From assembly GCA_038127595.1 (NCBI GenBank), contig JAYPIC010000015.1:1-37657 (forward strand): a stretch of DNA of 37,657 nucleotides, given 5' to 3'. Both the position numbers and the translations under genes were made by a program. Origin of the DNA: a bacterium (GTDB lineage: Bacteria > Fidelibacterota > Marinisomatia > Marinisomatales > UBA1611). Positions 8,801-19,654 of the stretch are shown piece by piece. The notes under the pieces are model-generated. The model saw nothing but the letters and a program-made list of their open reading frames with translations, did not search any database and was not told where the DNA came from. The first letter of the stretch is position 1. Every line of letters begins with the position of its first letter.

Positions 8801-10011
8801 TGTTCTCCCTTTTTTTTGAAAATTTAAAAATTTCTTTAATTGCGGTTTTTGCAAATAAAGTTAAATCGCTACTTACTGCTCTGGGAATTGTTATAGGGGT
8901 TTTTTCGGTTACGCTAATGGGCACACTTATTTCTGGATTAGATCGTTCCTTTGAAAGCAGTATGTCCTGGTTGGGTAAAGATATATTGTATGTCAGCAGG
9001 TACGAGTGGTTTAGTGATATGGAATGGTGGGAGGTAAAAAATAGACCTAGAATGAGGTCAGAGTATGTTAATCAGATTAAAAATCTATCTAAATATGCTC
9101 TAGCTGTCTCGCCAGTAATGCAGAGAGGTGCATCTCTTTCTTTTGATGACAAAGAGACACGGACTGAAATATTTGGGACAAATGAAGAGTATATGGAAAC
9201 TATCAGCACAGATATTCAGCAAGGAAGATTTTTCTCACAAAGTGAAGACAGGAATGGTTCGAGAGTCACGGTTATTGGCGATGGTATAAAAGAAGCATTT
9301 TTTGGATTTGAAGACCCTATTGGTAAGTATATTAAAATTGATAATGTAAAGTTTAGAGTAATTGGGGTATTAGAAAAGCAGGGCAAATTCTTAGGTCTTT
9401 TTAGTGTTGATAATCAGGCAATATTACCTTTGGGCGCTTATAAAAGAATTTTTTCTAAAAGAGGTTGGATGCGTTTAAGTGTGAAAGTTTCAGAAGATAA
9501 AGTTGAAGAAGGCTTAGATGAAATTTCAGGTGTAATGCGGCAGATAAGAGGTTTAAAACCAAGTCAAAAAAATGATTTTGCGATAAATCAGACAAAAGCA
9601 TTTGAATCGCAATATAACAAATTAAAACTAGCAATAGGCGGAACTGGTTATTTCATCACCTTGCTTTCTCTTATAGTAGGCGGTATTGGTATTATGAACA
9701 TAATGTTTGTAACTGTTAAAGAAAGGACAAGAGAGATTGGCGTTAGAAAAGCTATTGGAGCGACCAACGGTATGATACTTGGGCAATTTCTGATGGAAGC
9801 TGTAACGATATGCTTTTTTGCTGGTATTGTAGGCTTGGGGTCTGCATATGCTGTTAGCCTAGTGATAAATCAATTTTTCCCTTCTACTCTTCCTTTAGCA
9901 CTTTCAGTGTTCTCTATATTTATCAGTATGTTCGTTGGAGTTCTATCCGGTTTTATACCTGCGTACAAAGCATCAAAACTTGACCCAATTGATTCACTTC
10001 GGTATGAATGA
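8800..10011 (+). CDS. ABC transporter permease (MacB/FtsX family)
   Basis: SLLTALGIVIGV, periplasmic domain, GGIGIMNIMFVTVKERTREIGVRKAIGA, PAYKASKLDPIDSLRYE. Confidence 0.93.
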   Translation: MFSLFFENLKISLIAVFANKVKSLLTALGIVIGVFSVTLMGTLISGLDRSFESSMSWLGKDILYVSRYEWFSDMEWWEVKNRPRMRSEYVNQIKNLSKYALAVSPVMQRGASLSFDDKETRTEIFGTNEEYMETISTDIQQGRFFSQSEDRNGSRVTVIGDGIKEAFFGFEDPIGKYIKIDNVKFRVIGVLEKQGKFLGLFSVDNQAILPLGAYKRIFSKRGWMRLSVKVSEDKVEEGLDEISGVMRQIRGLKPSQKNDFAINQTKAFESQYNKLKLAIGGTGYFITLLSLIVGGIGIMNIMFVTVKERTREIGVRKAIGATNGMILGQFLMEAVTICFFAGIVGLGSAYAVSLVINQFFPSTLPLALSVFSIFISMFVGVLSGFIPAYKASKLDPIDSLRYE

Positions 10012-11261
10012 AAATGCTTTCTAGAAATTTAAAAAATATTCTTAAAGAAAGTTTCCACATGGCAATTGATGCCATTCGGCAAAATAAGCTTAGATCATCT
10101 TTAACGCTGCTTGGAATAAGTATAGGTGTATTTTCTGTAATAGGTGTAATGACAGCAATTAGGACTTTGGAATCATCTGTGGCCTCGGGGCTGAACGTTT
10201 TTGCCGCAAATACATTTGTGATTCAAAAGTATCCTGAAATACAAATTGGTAGGCGTGATAAAAAATATAGAAATAGAAAGAATATTGATTACAGTCAATA
10301 TAAAAAGTTAAAAGAAAGAGCAAAGCTTCCTGCTCTTGTTAGTGTGAGTGAGGGAAGCTCAATCAGAGATGTAAAGTATAAGGATAAAAAAGTAAATAGC
10401 TATGTTGAGCTTTTTGGAGGGGATGAAGGTAGTATAAGAATTTTTAAAACCTTTATAGCAGATGGTAGAAACATTGCTCCAGATGATGTTAGATATTCCA
10501 GGAATGTATGTGTTCTAGGAATGGACGTGGTTGATAGGCTTTTCCCTTTTGAAAACCCTCTATCAAAAAAGATACAGCTCAATGGATTAGACTACATTGT
10601 AATCGGTATAGCTGAAAAAAAGGGTGAGGCATTTGGGCAAAGCCAAGATAATTACATTGCAATTCCAATTACGAATTTTTTAAAAAAATTTTCTAATAAG
10701 TGGACATCATTAAGTATAAATATAGAGGCATCATCAGAGTTGGAATATGAAAAAACTAGGCAAGAAGCAATTGGCGTAATGAGGTCAATACGGAAAGTAG
10801 GACCTGGAGAAGAAAATGATTTTGAGATCGTTACTAGCGGTGGAATGATTGAAACGTTGTCGGGGTTTACAAGTGGAATAAAAGTATTTGCACTTTTAGT
10901 TAGTGTAATTGCTTTAGTTGTTGCAGGTATCGGAATTATGAATATAATGCTAGTTTCTGTTACCGAAAGAATAAAAGAGATAGGTATCAGAAAAGCTATT
11001 GGTGCGACAAAGCAAGATATTTTAACTCAATTTTTGATGGAAGCAGTATTTTTAAGTGAGTTTGGTGGTATTGCAGGCATAGTTTTTGGCGTAGGCGCGG
11101 GGAACATTGTTTCTTTTATATTTAATATACCGGCGGTCATCCCAATAGATTGGGCAATAATTGGTTTAGTAGTTTGCTCTGTGATTGGAATTGGTTTTGG
11201 TATCTACCCAGCTTGGAAAGCAGCGCAGCTAGATCCAATCGAATCTCTTCGCTTTGAATAG
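10008..11261 (+). CDS. ABC transporter permease (MacB/FtsX family), second paralog
   Basis: RSSLTLLGISIGV, AGIGIMNIMLVSVTERIKEIGIRKAIGA, PAWKAAQLDPIESLRFE. Confidence 0.93.
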   Translation: MKMLSRNLKNILKESFHMAIDAIRQNKLRSSLTLLGISIGVFSVIGVMTAIRTLESSVASGLNVFAANTFVIQKYPEIQIGRRDKKYRNRKNIDYSQYKKLKERAKLPALVSVSEGSSIRDVKYKDKKVNSYVELFGGDEGSIRIFKTFIADGRNIAPDDVRYSRNVCVLGMDVVDRLFPFENPLSKKIQLNGLDYIVIGIAEKKGEAFGQSQDNYIAIPITNFLKKFSNKWTSLSINIEASSELEYEKTRQEAIGVMRSIRKVGPGEENDFEIVTSGGMIETLSGFTSGIKVFALLVSVIALVVAGIGIMNIMLVSVTERIKEIGIRKAIGATKQDILTQFLMEAVFLSEFGGIAGIVFGVGAGNIVSFIFNIPAVIPIDWAIIGLVVCSVIGIGFGIYPAWKAAQLDPIESLRFE

Positions 11262-11405
11262 ATTTTCTTTAATTAAAACTAAAGTTAAATTTTCAAACAA
11301 AAACCATGCCTAAATCATTATATATAAAGATTGTTAACAATTATATTTTGAATCAAATGATAACACATAATTTGAAGTTTAATTTTTTTAAAAGAAGATA
11401 ACAGA

Positions 11406-12128
11406 ATGATTGTAGGCATAATTCCAGCTAGGATAGGTTCAAAGAGATTCCCTAAAAAGATATTAGCCGACATTGATGGTAAGCCAATGGTTGTACATGT
11501 TGCCGAAAGGGCAATGCAATCAAAACTTTTAGAAAAAGTGATTCTAGCAATTGATTCCAATGAAGCAAAACAAGTTTTGTCTGATTTCGATTTAGAAATA
11601 GTAATGACTAGTAAAGACCATGTAAGTGGGACAGATAGAGTGACTGAAGTAGTAAAAGGGCTTGATTCTGCTGAGCTGATCATTAACATTCAAGGTGATG
11701 AACCTTTACTAGAGCCTAAAGTCATTGATGGATTAATAAAGATTTTTGATGATAGCACAGTAAGTATGGGTACTGTCGTTAGTCGTAAAATAGGTATAAG
11801 AGATTATTTAGATAGGAATGTAGTAAAAGCCTTTTTAGATGAAAATCAAAATGCTTACGATTTTAAACGTGATATTTATGATTCTGATATAGGCGGAGTA
11901 TTTAGACACATTGGATTCTATGGCTTTGATAGGGATACATTGCTGCAATTTTCTTCATTACCTGCTTCTAAAAATGAGATAAAATATTCACTAGAACAGT
12001 TCAGAGCACTAGATAATGGTATTAAAATAAAAGCATTCATTTCTAATGCGCAGCAGCAAGCTGTTGATAGCCCTGAAGATCTTGACCGTGTCTTATCACA
12101 ATTAAATAAAATAAAGGACCCAGATTAA
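11406..12128 (+). CDS. kdsB: 3-deoxy-manno-octulosonate cytidylyltransferase
   Basis: IIPARIGSKRFPKK, SGTDR, INIQGDEP, RHIGFY, LEQFRAL, VDSPED. Confidence 0.93.
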   Translation: MIVGIIPARIGSKRFPKKILADIDGKPMVVHVAERAMQSKLLEKVILAIDSNEAKQVLSDFDLEIVMTSKDHVSGTDRVTEVVKGLDSAELIINIQGDEPLLEPKVIDGLIKIFDDSTVSMGTVVSRKIGIRDYLDRNVVKAFLDENQNAYDFKRDIYDSDIGGVFRHIGFYGFDRDTLLQFSSLPASKNEIKYSLEQFRALDNGIKIKAFISNAQQQAVDSPEDLDRVLSQLNKIKDPD

Positions 12129-12131
12129 AAT

Positions 12132-13760
12132 ATGAGTATTAAATCAAAAAATACTAAGTACATATTTGTTTTAGGAGGTGTTATGTCCGGATTGGGTAAA
12201 GGCATTGCAGCTTCTTCTATAGGATATATTTTAAAAAATTCTGGGTTGAAAGTTACCATATTAAAGTTAGATCCATATTTAAATGTTGACCCAGGGACGA
12301 TGAATCCTTACCAACATGGTGAGGTTTTCGTTTTAGATGATGGTTCTGAAACTGATTTAGATTTGGGCCATTATGAACGTTTTATTGATGTCAGCATGAC
12401 AAGGAACAATAATGCAACTGCAGGACAAATATATAGTACAGTATTAGAAAAAGAAAGAAAGGGTGAATATTTAGGCCAAACTGTTCAAGTTATTCCACAC
12501 GTAACAGATGAAATTATCAAAAGAATTAAAAGTGTAAATAAACCTAAAAAATATGACGTTGTGATTTGTGAAGTAGGTGGAACGGTCGGAGACATTGAAA
12601 GCTTGCCATTTATGGAGGCTATTCGTCAGCTTTCTCTTAATGTTGGTCCTCAAAATCATCTAATAATGCATGTGACTCTGTTGCCGTATGTTGATGCGAG
12701 CGGAGAACTTAAATCAAAGCCCACTCAGCATTCAGTAATGAAACTTAGAGAAATAGGATTATCTCCTGATATGATTTTATGTAGATCTCAACATCATATT
12801 GATAAATCTGTAAGAGAAAAAATCGCTTTGTTTTGTAATGTTCGCTCAGACCATGTTTTTGAAGGAAGAGATGTTCAAAGTATATATGAGGTCCCATTGC
12901 TATTACATGAACAAAATATGGGGCATTTAGTTAATGAGAGGTTACAATTAAATAAAGAGCCAGATTTATCTAAGTTAAAAAACTTTGTTCATAATTATAA
13001 AAATCCTCAGGTGGAGCTAACAATTGCAATGTGTGGTAAATATACCGAACTAATTGATTCATATAAAAGTGTGCTGGAATCATTTGTACATGCAGGAGTA
13101 GAAAATAGTGCAAGAGTAAATATTAAATGGGTAAAAACAGATAAGATTACCAATGATAAATCTGCTAGTAAGCAATTTAAAGATGTAGATGGAATTTTGA
13201 TTTTGCCAGGTTTTGGTTCTCGCGGCAGTGAAGGGAAAATTTTATCTTCAAAATATGCTCGTGAAAACAACATCCCATTTTTGGGGATATGTTTAGGGAT
13301 GCAATGCGCAATTATAGATTTTGCAAGGCATGTATGTGGATTGAAGGGGGCAAACTCTACTGAATTTAATAAGCGAACAAAACATCCTGTAATTGACCTC
13401 ATGGAATCTCAAAAAGCAATTAAAATAAAAGGCGGCACCATGAGATTAGGAGCTTATGATTGTACTATAAAAGCAGGAACAAAAACCTATTCAGCATACA
13501 GATCAAAAAAGATTTCTGAACGTCATAGGCATCGTTACGAAGTAAATAACAGATATAAAAATAGGCTCGAAAAAGCCGGGATGGTTATCTCAGGTGTTAA
13601 TGATTCATTAGGGGTGGTGGAAACAATTGAAATAAGTGGTCATCCTTGGTTTGTTGCAGGGCAGTTTCATCCTGAATTAAAAAGTAGAGTGAACAAAGCA
13701 CATCCTTTGTTCAGGGAGTTTATAAAAGCTTCAAAGAAATATAGCAAGAAAAGGAGTTGA
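12132..13760 (+). CDS. pyrG: CTP synthase
   Basis: GGVMSGLGKG, DPYLNVDPGTM, GICLGMQ, ERHRHRYE, QFHPE. Confidence 0.98.
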   Translation: MSIKSKNTKYIFVLGGVMSGLGKGIAASSIGYILKNSGLKVTILKLDPYLNVDPGTMNPYQHGEVFVLDDGSETDLDLGHYERFIDVSMTRNNNATAGQIYSTVLEKERKGEYLGQTVQVIPHVTDEIIKRIKSVNKPKKYDVVICEVGGTVGDIESLPFMEAIRQLSLNVGPQNHLIMHVTLLPYVDASGELKSKPTQHSVMKLREIGLSPDMILCRSQHHIDKSVREKIALFCNVRSDHVFEGRDVQSIYEVPLLLHEQNMGHLVNERLQLNKEPDLSKLKNFVHNYKNPQVELTIAMCGKYTELIDSYKSVLESFVHAGVENSARVNIKWVKTDKITNDKSASKQFKDVDGILILPGFGSRGSEGKILSSKYARENNIPFLGICLGMQCAIIDFARHVCGLKGANSTEFNKRTKHPVIDLMESQKAIKIKGGTMRLGAYDCTIKAGTKTYSAYRSKKISERHRHRYEVNNRYKNRLEKAGMVISGVNDSLGVVETIEISGHPWFVAGQFHPELKSRVNKAHPLFREFIKASKKYSKKRS

Positions 13761-13763
13761 TCG

Positions 13764-14576
13764 TTGAGGGATATTAAAGTCGGGAATGTTATTTTTGGAA
13801 AGGATAATCTAGGTATAATTGCAGGGCCTTGCGTTATTGAAAACCGCGACCATTCTTTAGAAATGTCTTATGCTATAAAAGAAGTTTCTGAGGATGTAGG
13901 CATTCCAATTATTTTTAAAAGTTCATTTGATAAGGCCAATAGAACTTCAATAAAATCTTTCCGAGGTCCTGGAATTCAGGAAGGCATGAGAATTTTAAGT
14001 GATGTAAAAACTGAAACAGGGCTGAAAGTGTTAACAGACATACATTCCCCAGATCAGGCAGGTCTAGTTTCAGATGTAGTGGATATCATTCAAATTCCAG
14101 CATTTCTGAGTAGGCAAACAGATCTTTTAATTGCTGCTGCAAAAACGGGAAAACCAATCAATATAAAAAAAGGACAATTTCTTGCTCCTTGGGATGTTGA
14201 ACATATCGTAAAAAAAGTTGAGGAATCTGGATCTCAAAATATATTGCTAACGGATAGAGGTACTCAATTTGGTTACAATAATTTGGTTGCAGATATGCGT
14301 GCTATACCTTTGATGAAACAATTTGGTTACCCTGTCATTTTTGATGCAACACATAGTGCTCAACTTCCTGGAGGTAGCGGTGGGCATTCTTCTGGTATGA
14401 GAGATATGATACCTACATTAGCACGAGCTGCTGTTGCAGCAGGGTGTAATGGTGTTTTTATGGAAGTTCACAATAATGTTGATAAGGCTAAGTCAGACGC
14501 CGCTACTCAGTGGCCGTTAGATAAACTAGCTACACTTTTAATTGAATTAAAAAAAATACACAATTCACTAAGGTAA
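13764..14576 (+). CDS. kdsA: KDO 8-phosphate synthase
   Basis: AGPCVIE, KSSFDKANRTS, QIPAFLSRQTD, KKGQF, FDATHS. The Cys suggests the metal-dependent class. Confidence 0.96.
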   Translation: MRDIKVGNVIFGKDNLGIIAGPCVIENRDHSLEMSYAIKEVSEDVGIPIIFKSSFDKANRTSIKSFRGPGIQEGMRILSDVKTETGLKVLTDIHSPDQAGLVSDVVDIIQIPAFLSRQTDLLIAAAKTGKPINIKKGQFLAPWDVEHIVKKVEESGSQNILLTDRGTQFGYNNLVADMRAIPLMKQFGYPVIFDATHSAQLPGGSGGHSSGMRDMIPTLARAAVAAGCNGVFMEVHNNVDKAKSDAATQWPLDKLATLLIELKKIHNSLR

Positions 14577-14579
14577 AAG

Positions 14580-15107
14580 ATGGAAGATTATAATAAAATT
14601 AAAATTATTATTTCGGATATTGATGGTGTTTGGACAGATGGCTCAGTGTATAAAGGCACTGATAATATGGAGTTTAAAAAATTTTCTGTATTTGATGGTG
14701 TGGGTGTGGCTTATGCAAGAGCTGCAGATTTGAAAATTGCAATTATCTCTGCTAGGTATTCTCCTGCTACTGAGTATAGAGCGAAAGAGTTAAATATTGA
14801 GGACTGTTATAATGGAGGTCTAAATAAACTTCATGCATATAACGAAATAAAACAAAAATATTCACTTTCGGATGATATGATTGCTTATTTGGGCGACGAT
14901 ATGGTCGATCTACCTGTCATGGAATTAGTTGGGTTACCTATTGCTGTAGCAAATTCAACTCCTGAAATCTTAAAGGTAGCGAAGCACATAACAAAAGTAA
15001 AAGGCGGTGAAGGTGCGTTTAGAGAAGCCGTTGAGTATATAATAAAAATGCAGGGTAGAACAAAAGAAGTCACAAAGAAGATGGTTGAAAGGGTTTTAAA
15101 TAGTTGA
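14580..15107 (+). CDS. kdsC: KDO 8-phosphate phosphatase (HAD family)
   Basis: DIDGVWTDG, YLGDDMVD, GGEGAFRE. Confidence 0.92.
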   Translation: MEDYNKIKIIISDIDGVWTDGSVYKGTDNMEFKKFSVFDGVGVAYARAADLKIAIISARYSPATEYRAKELNIEDCYNGGLNKLHAYNEIKQKYSLSDDMIAYLGDDMVDLPVMELVGLPIAVANSTPEILKVAKHITKVKGGEGAFREAVEYIIKMQGRTKEVTKKMVERVLNS

Positions 15108-15637
15108 GCTATAATAATCTAATATGTGCAATTATTTCTTTCTTATTAATAAATGGGTGTTCTAAAGAATCACCAAATGAAGAATTAAGTAAAGGAGTAG
15201 ATTTCCCTGACCAAGAAAGTTGGGGTGTTACAATTATATTGACAGATTCCTCTATTGAAAGAGCACGGGTCAAATCTGGTCATTTAGAAAAATATAATCA
15301 GAAGCAGCATATTTTATTAGATGAAAATGTAGAAGTAGATTTTTTTGATAAGAAGCAAAAACATGTCGCGGTACTTAATAGTTTTAAAGCAGAGGTTGAT
15401 CAGAAAACGAATAACATGAAAGCCGTTGGTAATGTAATTGCTATTTCTGATAGTGGGATTACTCTATATACTGATACACTTTATTGGGATGCAAAAAATG
15501 AAAAAATGAGCACAGAAGACTCTGTAATGATAACAACGTTAGAAAAAGATACATTATATGGTATTGGATTTGAATCAGACTCTGATCTTGAAAATTGGAA
15601 AATACTAAACCCATCAGGTGTGACCGAGAGGAATTGA
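15104..15637 (+). CDS. lptC: LPS export periplasmic protein LptC
   Basis: Lipoprotein-like N-terminus (LINGC), beta-jellyroll pattern (GNVIA, LYTDTLYWD, LYGIGFESD), and position between kdsC and lptB. Confidence 0.85.
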   Translation: MSYNNLICAIISFLLINGCSKESPNEELSKGVDFPDQESWGVTIILTDSSIERARVKSGHLEKYNQKQHILLDENVEVDFFDKKQKHVAVLNSFKAEVDQKTNNMKAVGNVIAISDSGITLYTDTLYWDAKNEKMSTEDSVMITTLEKDTLYGIGFESDSDLENWKILNPSGVTERN

Positions 15638-15638
15638 T

Positions 15639-16382
15639 TTGAGTGTAAAAAATAAAAAATCGTTGTCTGCAAAAGGATTACATAAACAATATGGTTCAAG
15701 AATGGTTGTAAACGATGTTGATATTTCTGTAAATCAAAAAGAAGTTGTTGGCCTACTGGGTCCCAACGGAGCAGGAAAAACCACTACATTTTATATGATA
15801 ACTGGAATGGTTAAACCCACAAAAGGAAATATTTATTTAGACGATGATGATATCACAAATGACCCGATGTATAGACGAGCTCGTAAAGGAGTTGGTTATC
15901 TAGCACAAGAACCATCAATTTTTTCAAAGCTAACTGTTGAGAATAATCTTAAGCTTGTTCTTGAGATGAGAAAAGATCTATCAAAAGATGAGCAAAATGA
16001 AAAACTAGATTCGCTTTTAGATGATTTTTCAGTTACATCACTTAGAAAAAGTAAAGGGGGGACACTTTCAGGAGGTGAGAGAAGGAGGGTTGAGATTGCT
16101 AGAACCCTTTGTATGGATCCTGATTTTGTATTGCTTGATGAGCCTTTTGCTGGCGTAGATCCAATTGCAGTTGAAGAGATACAGTCAATAGTGAATTCAC
16201 TTAAAGAAAGAAATATCGGCGTATTAATAACAGATCACAATGTTAGGGAGACTCTATCTATAACTGACCGCTCTTATCTGCTTTTTAACGGGCAAATTTT
16301 AAAATCGGGGACTTCTGAATTTTTAGCTAATGATAAAGAAGCAAAGAGACTTTATCTTGGAGAAAAATTTAGACTAGATTAA
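15639..16382 (+). CDS. lptB: LPS export ABC ATPase
   Basis: GLLGPNGAGKTTTFYM, YLAQEPSIF, LSGGERRRVEIAR, DEPFAGVDP, ITDHNVRETL. Confidence 0.96.
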   Translation: MSVKNKKSLSAKGLHKQYGSRMVVNDVDISVNQKEVVGLLGPNGAGKTTTFYMITGMVKPTKGNIYLDDDDITNDPMYRRARKGVGYLAQEPSIFSKLTVENNLKLVLEMRKDLSKDEQNEKLDSLLDDFSVTSLRKSKGGTLSGGERRRVEIARTLCMDPDFVLLDEPFAGVDPIAVEEIQSIVNSLKERNIGVLITDHNVRETLSITDRSYLLFNGQILKSGTSEFLANDKEAKRLYLGEKFRLD

Positions 16383-16385
16383 TTA

Positions 16386-17726
16386 ATGCCTCGTTTATCC
16401 CAGAAACTTGAACAAAAACAAAAACTTGCACCGAGGCAAGTTCTTCAAGCTCGACTTCTTCAACTAAACACATTAAACCTTGAGCAGGCTATACTAAAAG
16501 AGCTTGAGTTAAATCCTATTTTAGAGCAGGTTGAGCCAGAAGATTTTGAAGAAAAATCGATGGCAGAAGAAATATTAGAAGATATGGATGCTCCGATTGA
16601 AGATGTATATACCGATGAAAGCTCCTATTATATAGAACAAGAGAAAAGCGATCTGCCATTACCAGACAGAACGACTTTCATAGAAAAAATAATTGAACAA
16701 TTAAAAGACCTCGGTCTATCAGATCTGGAGAGAGAAATTGCGGAAGATATTCTTTGGAATATAAATGAGAGGGGTTATTTAGATACGGATTTGATTTTAA
16801 TAGCAGATAATTTTGAATTAGAAGAACAAGACATTGAACCAATTTTATTTTCTATTCAAAGGATGGAGCCAAAGGGGCTTGGCGCAAGAGATTTGAAAGA
16901 ATGTCTAAGTGTACAAATTGAGGAAGATAAAGAATCACATGCTTATATCATTTTATCAAAATATTTTGATGATTTTATGCATAAAAGGTATGAAAAAATT
17001 AAAACCAAACTTAAATGCACCAGTGAAGAACTTCATGATGCTGTTGAAATAATTTCTAAACTAAATCCTCGTCCTGGTGAAGGCTATGCTGATAATTTTC
17101 AAGTAATCATACCTGATGTAATTGTAAGAGAAGATGGAGAGGATTGGTTAATAACAACTAACGACGGTGGTATTCCGGAATTGAGAATTAGTAAAACATA
17201 TGAAGATGGTGTTGAAAATGGGGAGTATAGTGGTAAGGCGAAATCATTCATACGTGAAAAAATGGACTCTGCTAATTGGTTCATTGAGGCTGTAAAGCAG
17301 AGGCGAGTTACGATGGTCAATGTTATGAGGGCCATAATTAAATACCAGCCAGAATGGTTTGGAGGAGATATGAATCATCTTAGGCCATTAAAATTGCAAG
17401 ATATCGCAGAAGAAATTAATATGGACATTTCTACGATAAGTAGGTCAACTCGTGGTAAGTTTGTAGATACTCCTTATGGTGTTTTTGAATTAAAACATTA
17501 TTTTACTGATGCAATAGATCTTGGCAATGGACAAGTTCTTGGAACATTTGTAATAAAAAAAGAGTTACAAAACATAATTAATTCGGAAGATAAAACAAGC
17601 CCATTTAATGATGATACATTAGTACAATTATTAGATGATAAAGGATATAAGTTGGCAAGGAGAACTGTTGCTAAATATAGAGATCAATTAGGTCTCCCAG
17701 TTGCGAGACTTAGAAAAGAAATTTAA
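16386..17726 (+). CDS. rpoN: RNA polymerase sigma-54 factor
   Basis: Q/L-rich region I, ELNPILE, STISR helix-turn-helix, RpoN box ARRTVAKYR. Confidence 0.96.
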   Translation: MPRLSQKLEQKQKLAPRQVLQARLLQLNTLNLEQAILKELELNPILEQVEPEDFEEKSMAEEILEDMDAPIEDVYTDESSYYIEQEKSDLPLPDRTTFIEKIIEQLKDLGLSDLEREIAEDILWNINERGYLDTDLILIADNFELEEQDIEPILFSIQRMEPKGLGARDLKECLSVQIEEDKESHAYIILSKYFDDFMHKRYEKIKTKLKCTSEELHDAVEIISKLNPRPGEGYADNFQVIIPDVIVREDGEDWLITTNDGGIPELRISKTYEDGVENGEYSGKAKSFIREKMDSANWFIEAVKQRRVTMVNVMRAIIKYQPEWFGGDMNHLRPLKLQDIAEEINMDISTISRSTRGKFVDTPYGVFELKHYFTDAIDLGNGQVLGTFVIKKELQNIINSEDKTSPFNDDTLVQLLDDKGYKLARRTVAKYRDQLGLPVARLRKEI

Positions 17727-17743
17727 AAAAAGAAGAGGTTATT

Positions 17744-18718
17744 ATGGCAAGGAAAATAATAGTTGGGGATCAAGAATTCATTGTCCCTGATAAATTCCCG
17801 AAAAGTGGGTTTACCATTGGATTAATCTTAGTTTTGCTTTTAGCAATATGGAGCTCTATTTATAGAGTTGAGCTTGAAGAGGAAGGTGTTTTAATGACTT
17901 TGGGTGAGTACTCTGGTTTAGTTCAATCAGGCATCCATGTTAAATGGCCTGCGCCAATTCAAACGGTAATTAAGATTCCAACAAAAAGAGAATTAGAAAT
18001 GGAATTTGGTCAAGTTGCTGGTTCAGATTCTAGGAGGAGATCAAACCGTTCTGAATTGCAGGAGGAAGCGTTAATGCTTACAGGGGACCTCAATGTTGCA
18101 GTTGTACCTTGGAAGACTCAGTATAGAATAGCAGAGCCTGATAAGTTTTTATTTAAAGTTAAGGATCCTGTTGGCACGTTCAGAGATATGAATGAAGCAG
18201 TAATGAGAGAAGTAATTGGAGATAGAAGTGTAAATGAGGTATTGACGACAGGGCGCCAAGAAATTGCTGCTCAAATGGAAATAAAGCTCCAAGAAATGTG
18301 TGACCAATATGAGAATGGGATTAAGATCAATCGTATTTTGCTACAGAAAGTTTTACCTCCTAAACAGGTACAAGATGCATTTAATGAAGTAAATACAGCT
18401 GAGCAAGAAAAAGAAAAAATGATAAACCAAGCTTTGGGTGATTACAACCGTATAATTCCAAGAGCTAGGGGTGAAGCAGAACAAACCGTACAGCAAGCTG
18501 AAGGGTATGCAACTGATAGAGTAAATAGAGCGAAGGGTGATGCATCATTATACACAGACCTATTAAAAGCGTATAAGAAAGCGCCAGAGGTCACCAAGAA
18601 TCGTATATATCTTGAGACAATGGCGGATATTTATCCAAAGATAAAACAAAAAATAATTTTAGATAAGGATCTAGAAGGCATTCTGCCATTATTGCCTCTA
18701 GGAAAGGAGTCAAAATAA
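17744..18718 (+). CDS. hflK: FtsH modulator HflK
   Basis: SPFH domain, MLTGDLN, VQDAFNEV, IIPRARGEA, APEVTKNRIYLETM. Confidence 0.93.
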   Translation: MARKIIVGDQEFIVPDKFPKSGFTIGLILVLLLAIWSSIYRVELEEEGVLMTLGEYSGLVQSGIHVKWPAPIQTVIKIPTKRELEMEFGQVAGSDSRRRSNRSELQEEALMLTGDLNVAVVPWKTQYRIAEPDKFLFKVKDPVGTFRDMNEAVMREVIGDRSVNEVLTTGRQEIAAQMEIKLQEMCDQYENGIKINRILLQKVLPPKQVQDAFNEVNTAEQEKEKMINQALGDYNRIIPRARGEAEQTVQQAEGYATDRVNRAKGDASLYTDLLKAYKKAPEVTKNRIYLETMADIYPKIKQKIILDKDLEGILPLLPLGKESK

Positions 18719-19653
18719 TGGGGAAATTCATAAGCGCAATCGTTGTCATAGGGATCATTGCAGCAGTTCTCATATTTGGAGGAGCATTTTATATTGTAGA
18801 TGAATCAGAGCAGGTTGTAATTACTCAATTTGGTAAACCAGTAGGTAAGCCTATTACCACTCCTGGGCTAAAAATAAAAAAACCATTTTTAGAAACAGCA
18901 AATTATTTTGATAAAAGGTTTCTAGCTTGGGATGGAGAGCCAAAACAAGTCTCAACTAGAGATAAGCGTTTTATTAACATAAACACATATGCACGCTGGC
19001 GTATATCTGATCCTCTACAATATGCAAAAAGACTTTTTGATGAGTCAAAAGCACTAACCCGATTAGGATCAGTATTAGAGGGAGCTACTCAAAATGCGAT
19101 TGCAAATCACGATCTTATAGAACTTGTTAGAAGTACGAATAGAGATTATGTAATTGACTCTGTTGATAATGATCAAACTCAAAAAGAAAGAGCAATAATA
19201 AAAAGTGGAAGAGATGAGCTTACAAAAGAAATATTAGAGTTGGCAAAAGAGAGTACAAATGATCTTGGTATTGAAATATTAGACTTTCAGTTTAAAAGAA
19301 TAAACTACGTTCCTGAAGTGCGAAAGAAAGTATATGAGCGTATGATCTCAGAGAGAAAAAGGATTGCAGAAGAATTTAGGTCGCAAGGTGCAGGTGAATC
19401 TGCTAGGATAAGTGGACAAAAAGATAGAGATCTTAAAGAAATTACTTCTGATGCATATAGGCGCTCTCAGGAGATTAAAGGTAAAGCAGATGCTGAAGCT
19501 GCTAACATCTACGCTGCTGCTTATAATAAAGATGCTGATTTTTATCGTTTCATGAGAACAATGGAAATTTATAAAGAAACCTTAGATAAAGAGACAGTTT
19601 TAGTATTGAGTACAGATGGTGAGTTTTTAAAATATCTAGGTTCTGCAAAATAA
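18718..19653 (+). CDS. hflC: FtsH modulator HflC
   Basis: VVITQFGKP, WRISDPL, VYERMISERKRIAEEFRSQG, FYRFMRTME. Confidence 0.94.
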   Translation: MGKFISAIVVIGIIAAVLIFGGAFYIVDESEQVVITQFGKPVGKPITTPGLKIKKPFLETANYFDKRFLAWDGEPKQVSTRDKRFININTYARWRISDPLQYAKRLFDESKALTRLGSVLEGATQNAIANHDLIELVRSTNRDYVIDSVDNDQTQKERAIIKSGRDELTKEILELAKESTNDLGIEILDFQFKRINYVPEVRKKVYERMISERKRIAEEFRSQGAGESARISGQKDRDLKEITSDAYRRSQEIKGKADAEAANIYAAAYNKDADFYRFMRTMEIYKETLDKETVLVLSTDGEFLKYLGSAK

Positions 19654-19654
19654 A

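Noticed and set aside
8800..11261. Similar segments in the two permease genes as a DNA repeat element
   Set aside because: The similarity is explained by conserved MacB/FtsX protein motifs in paralogs.
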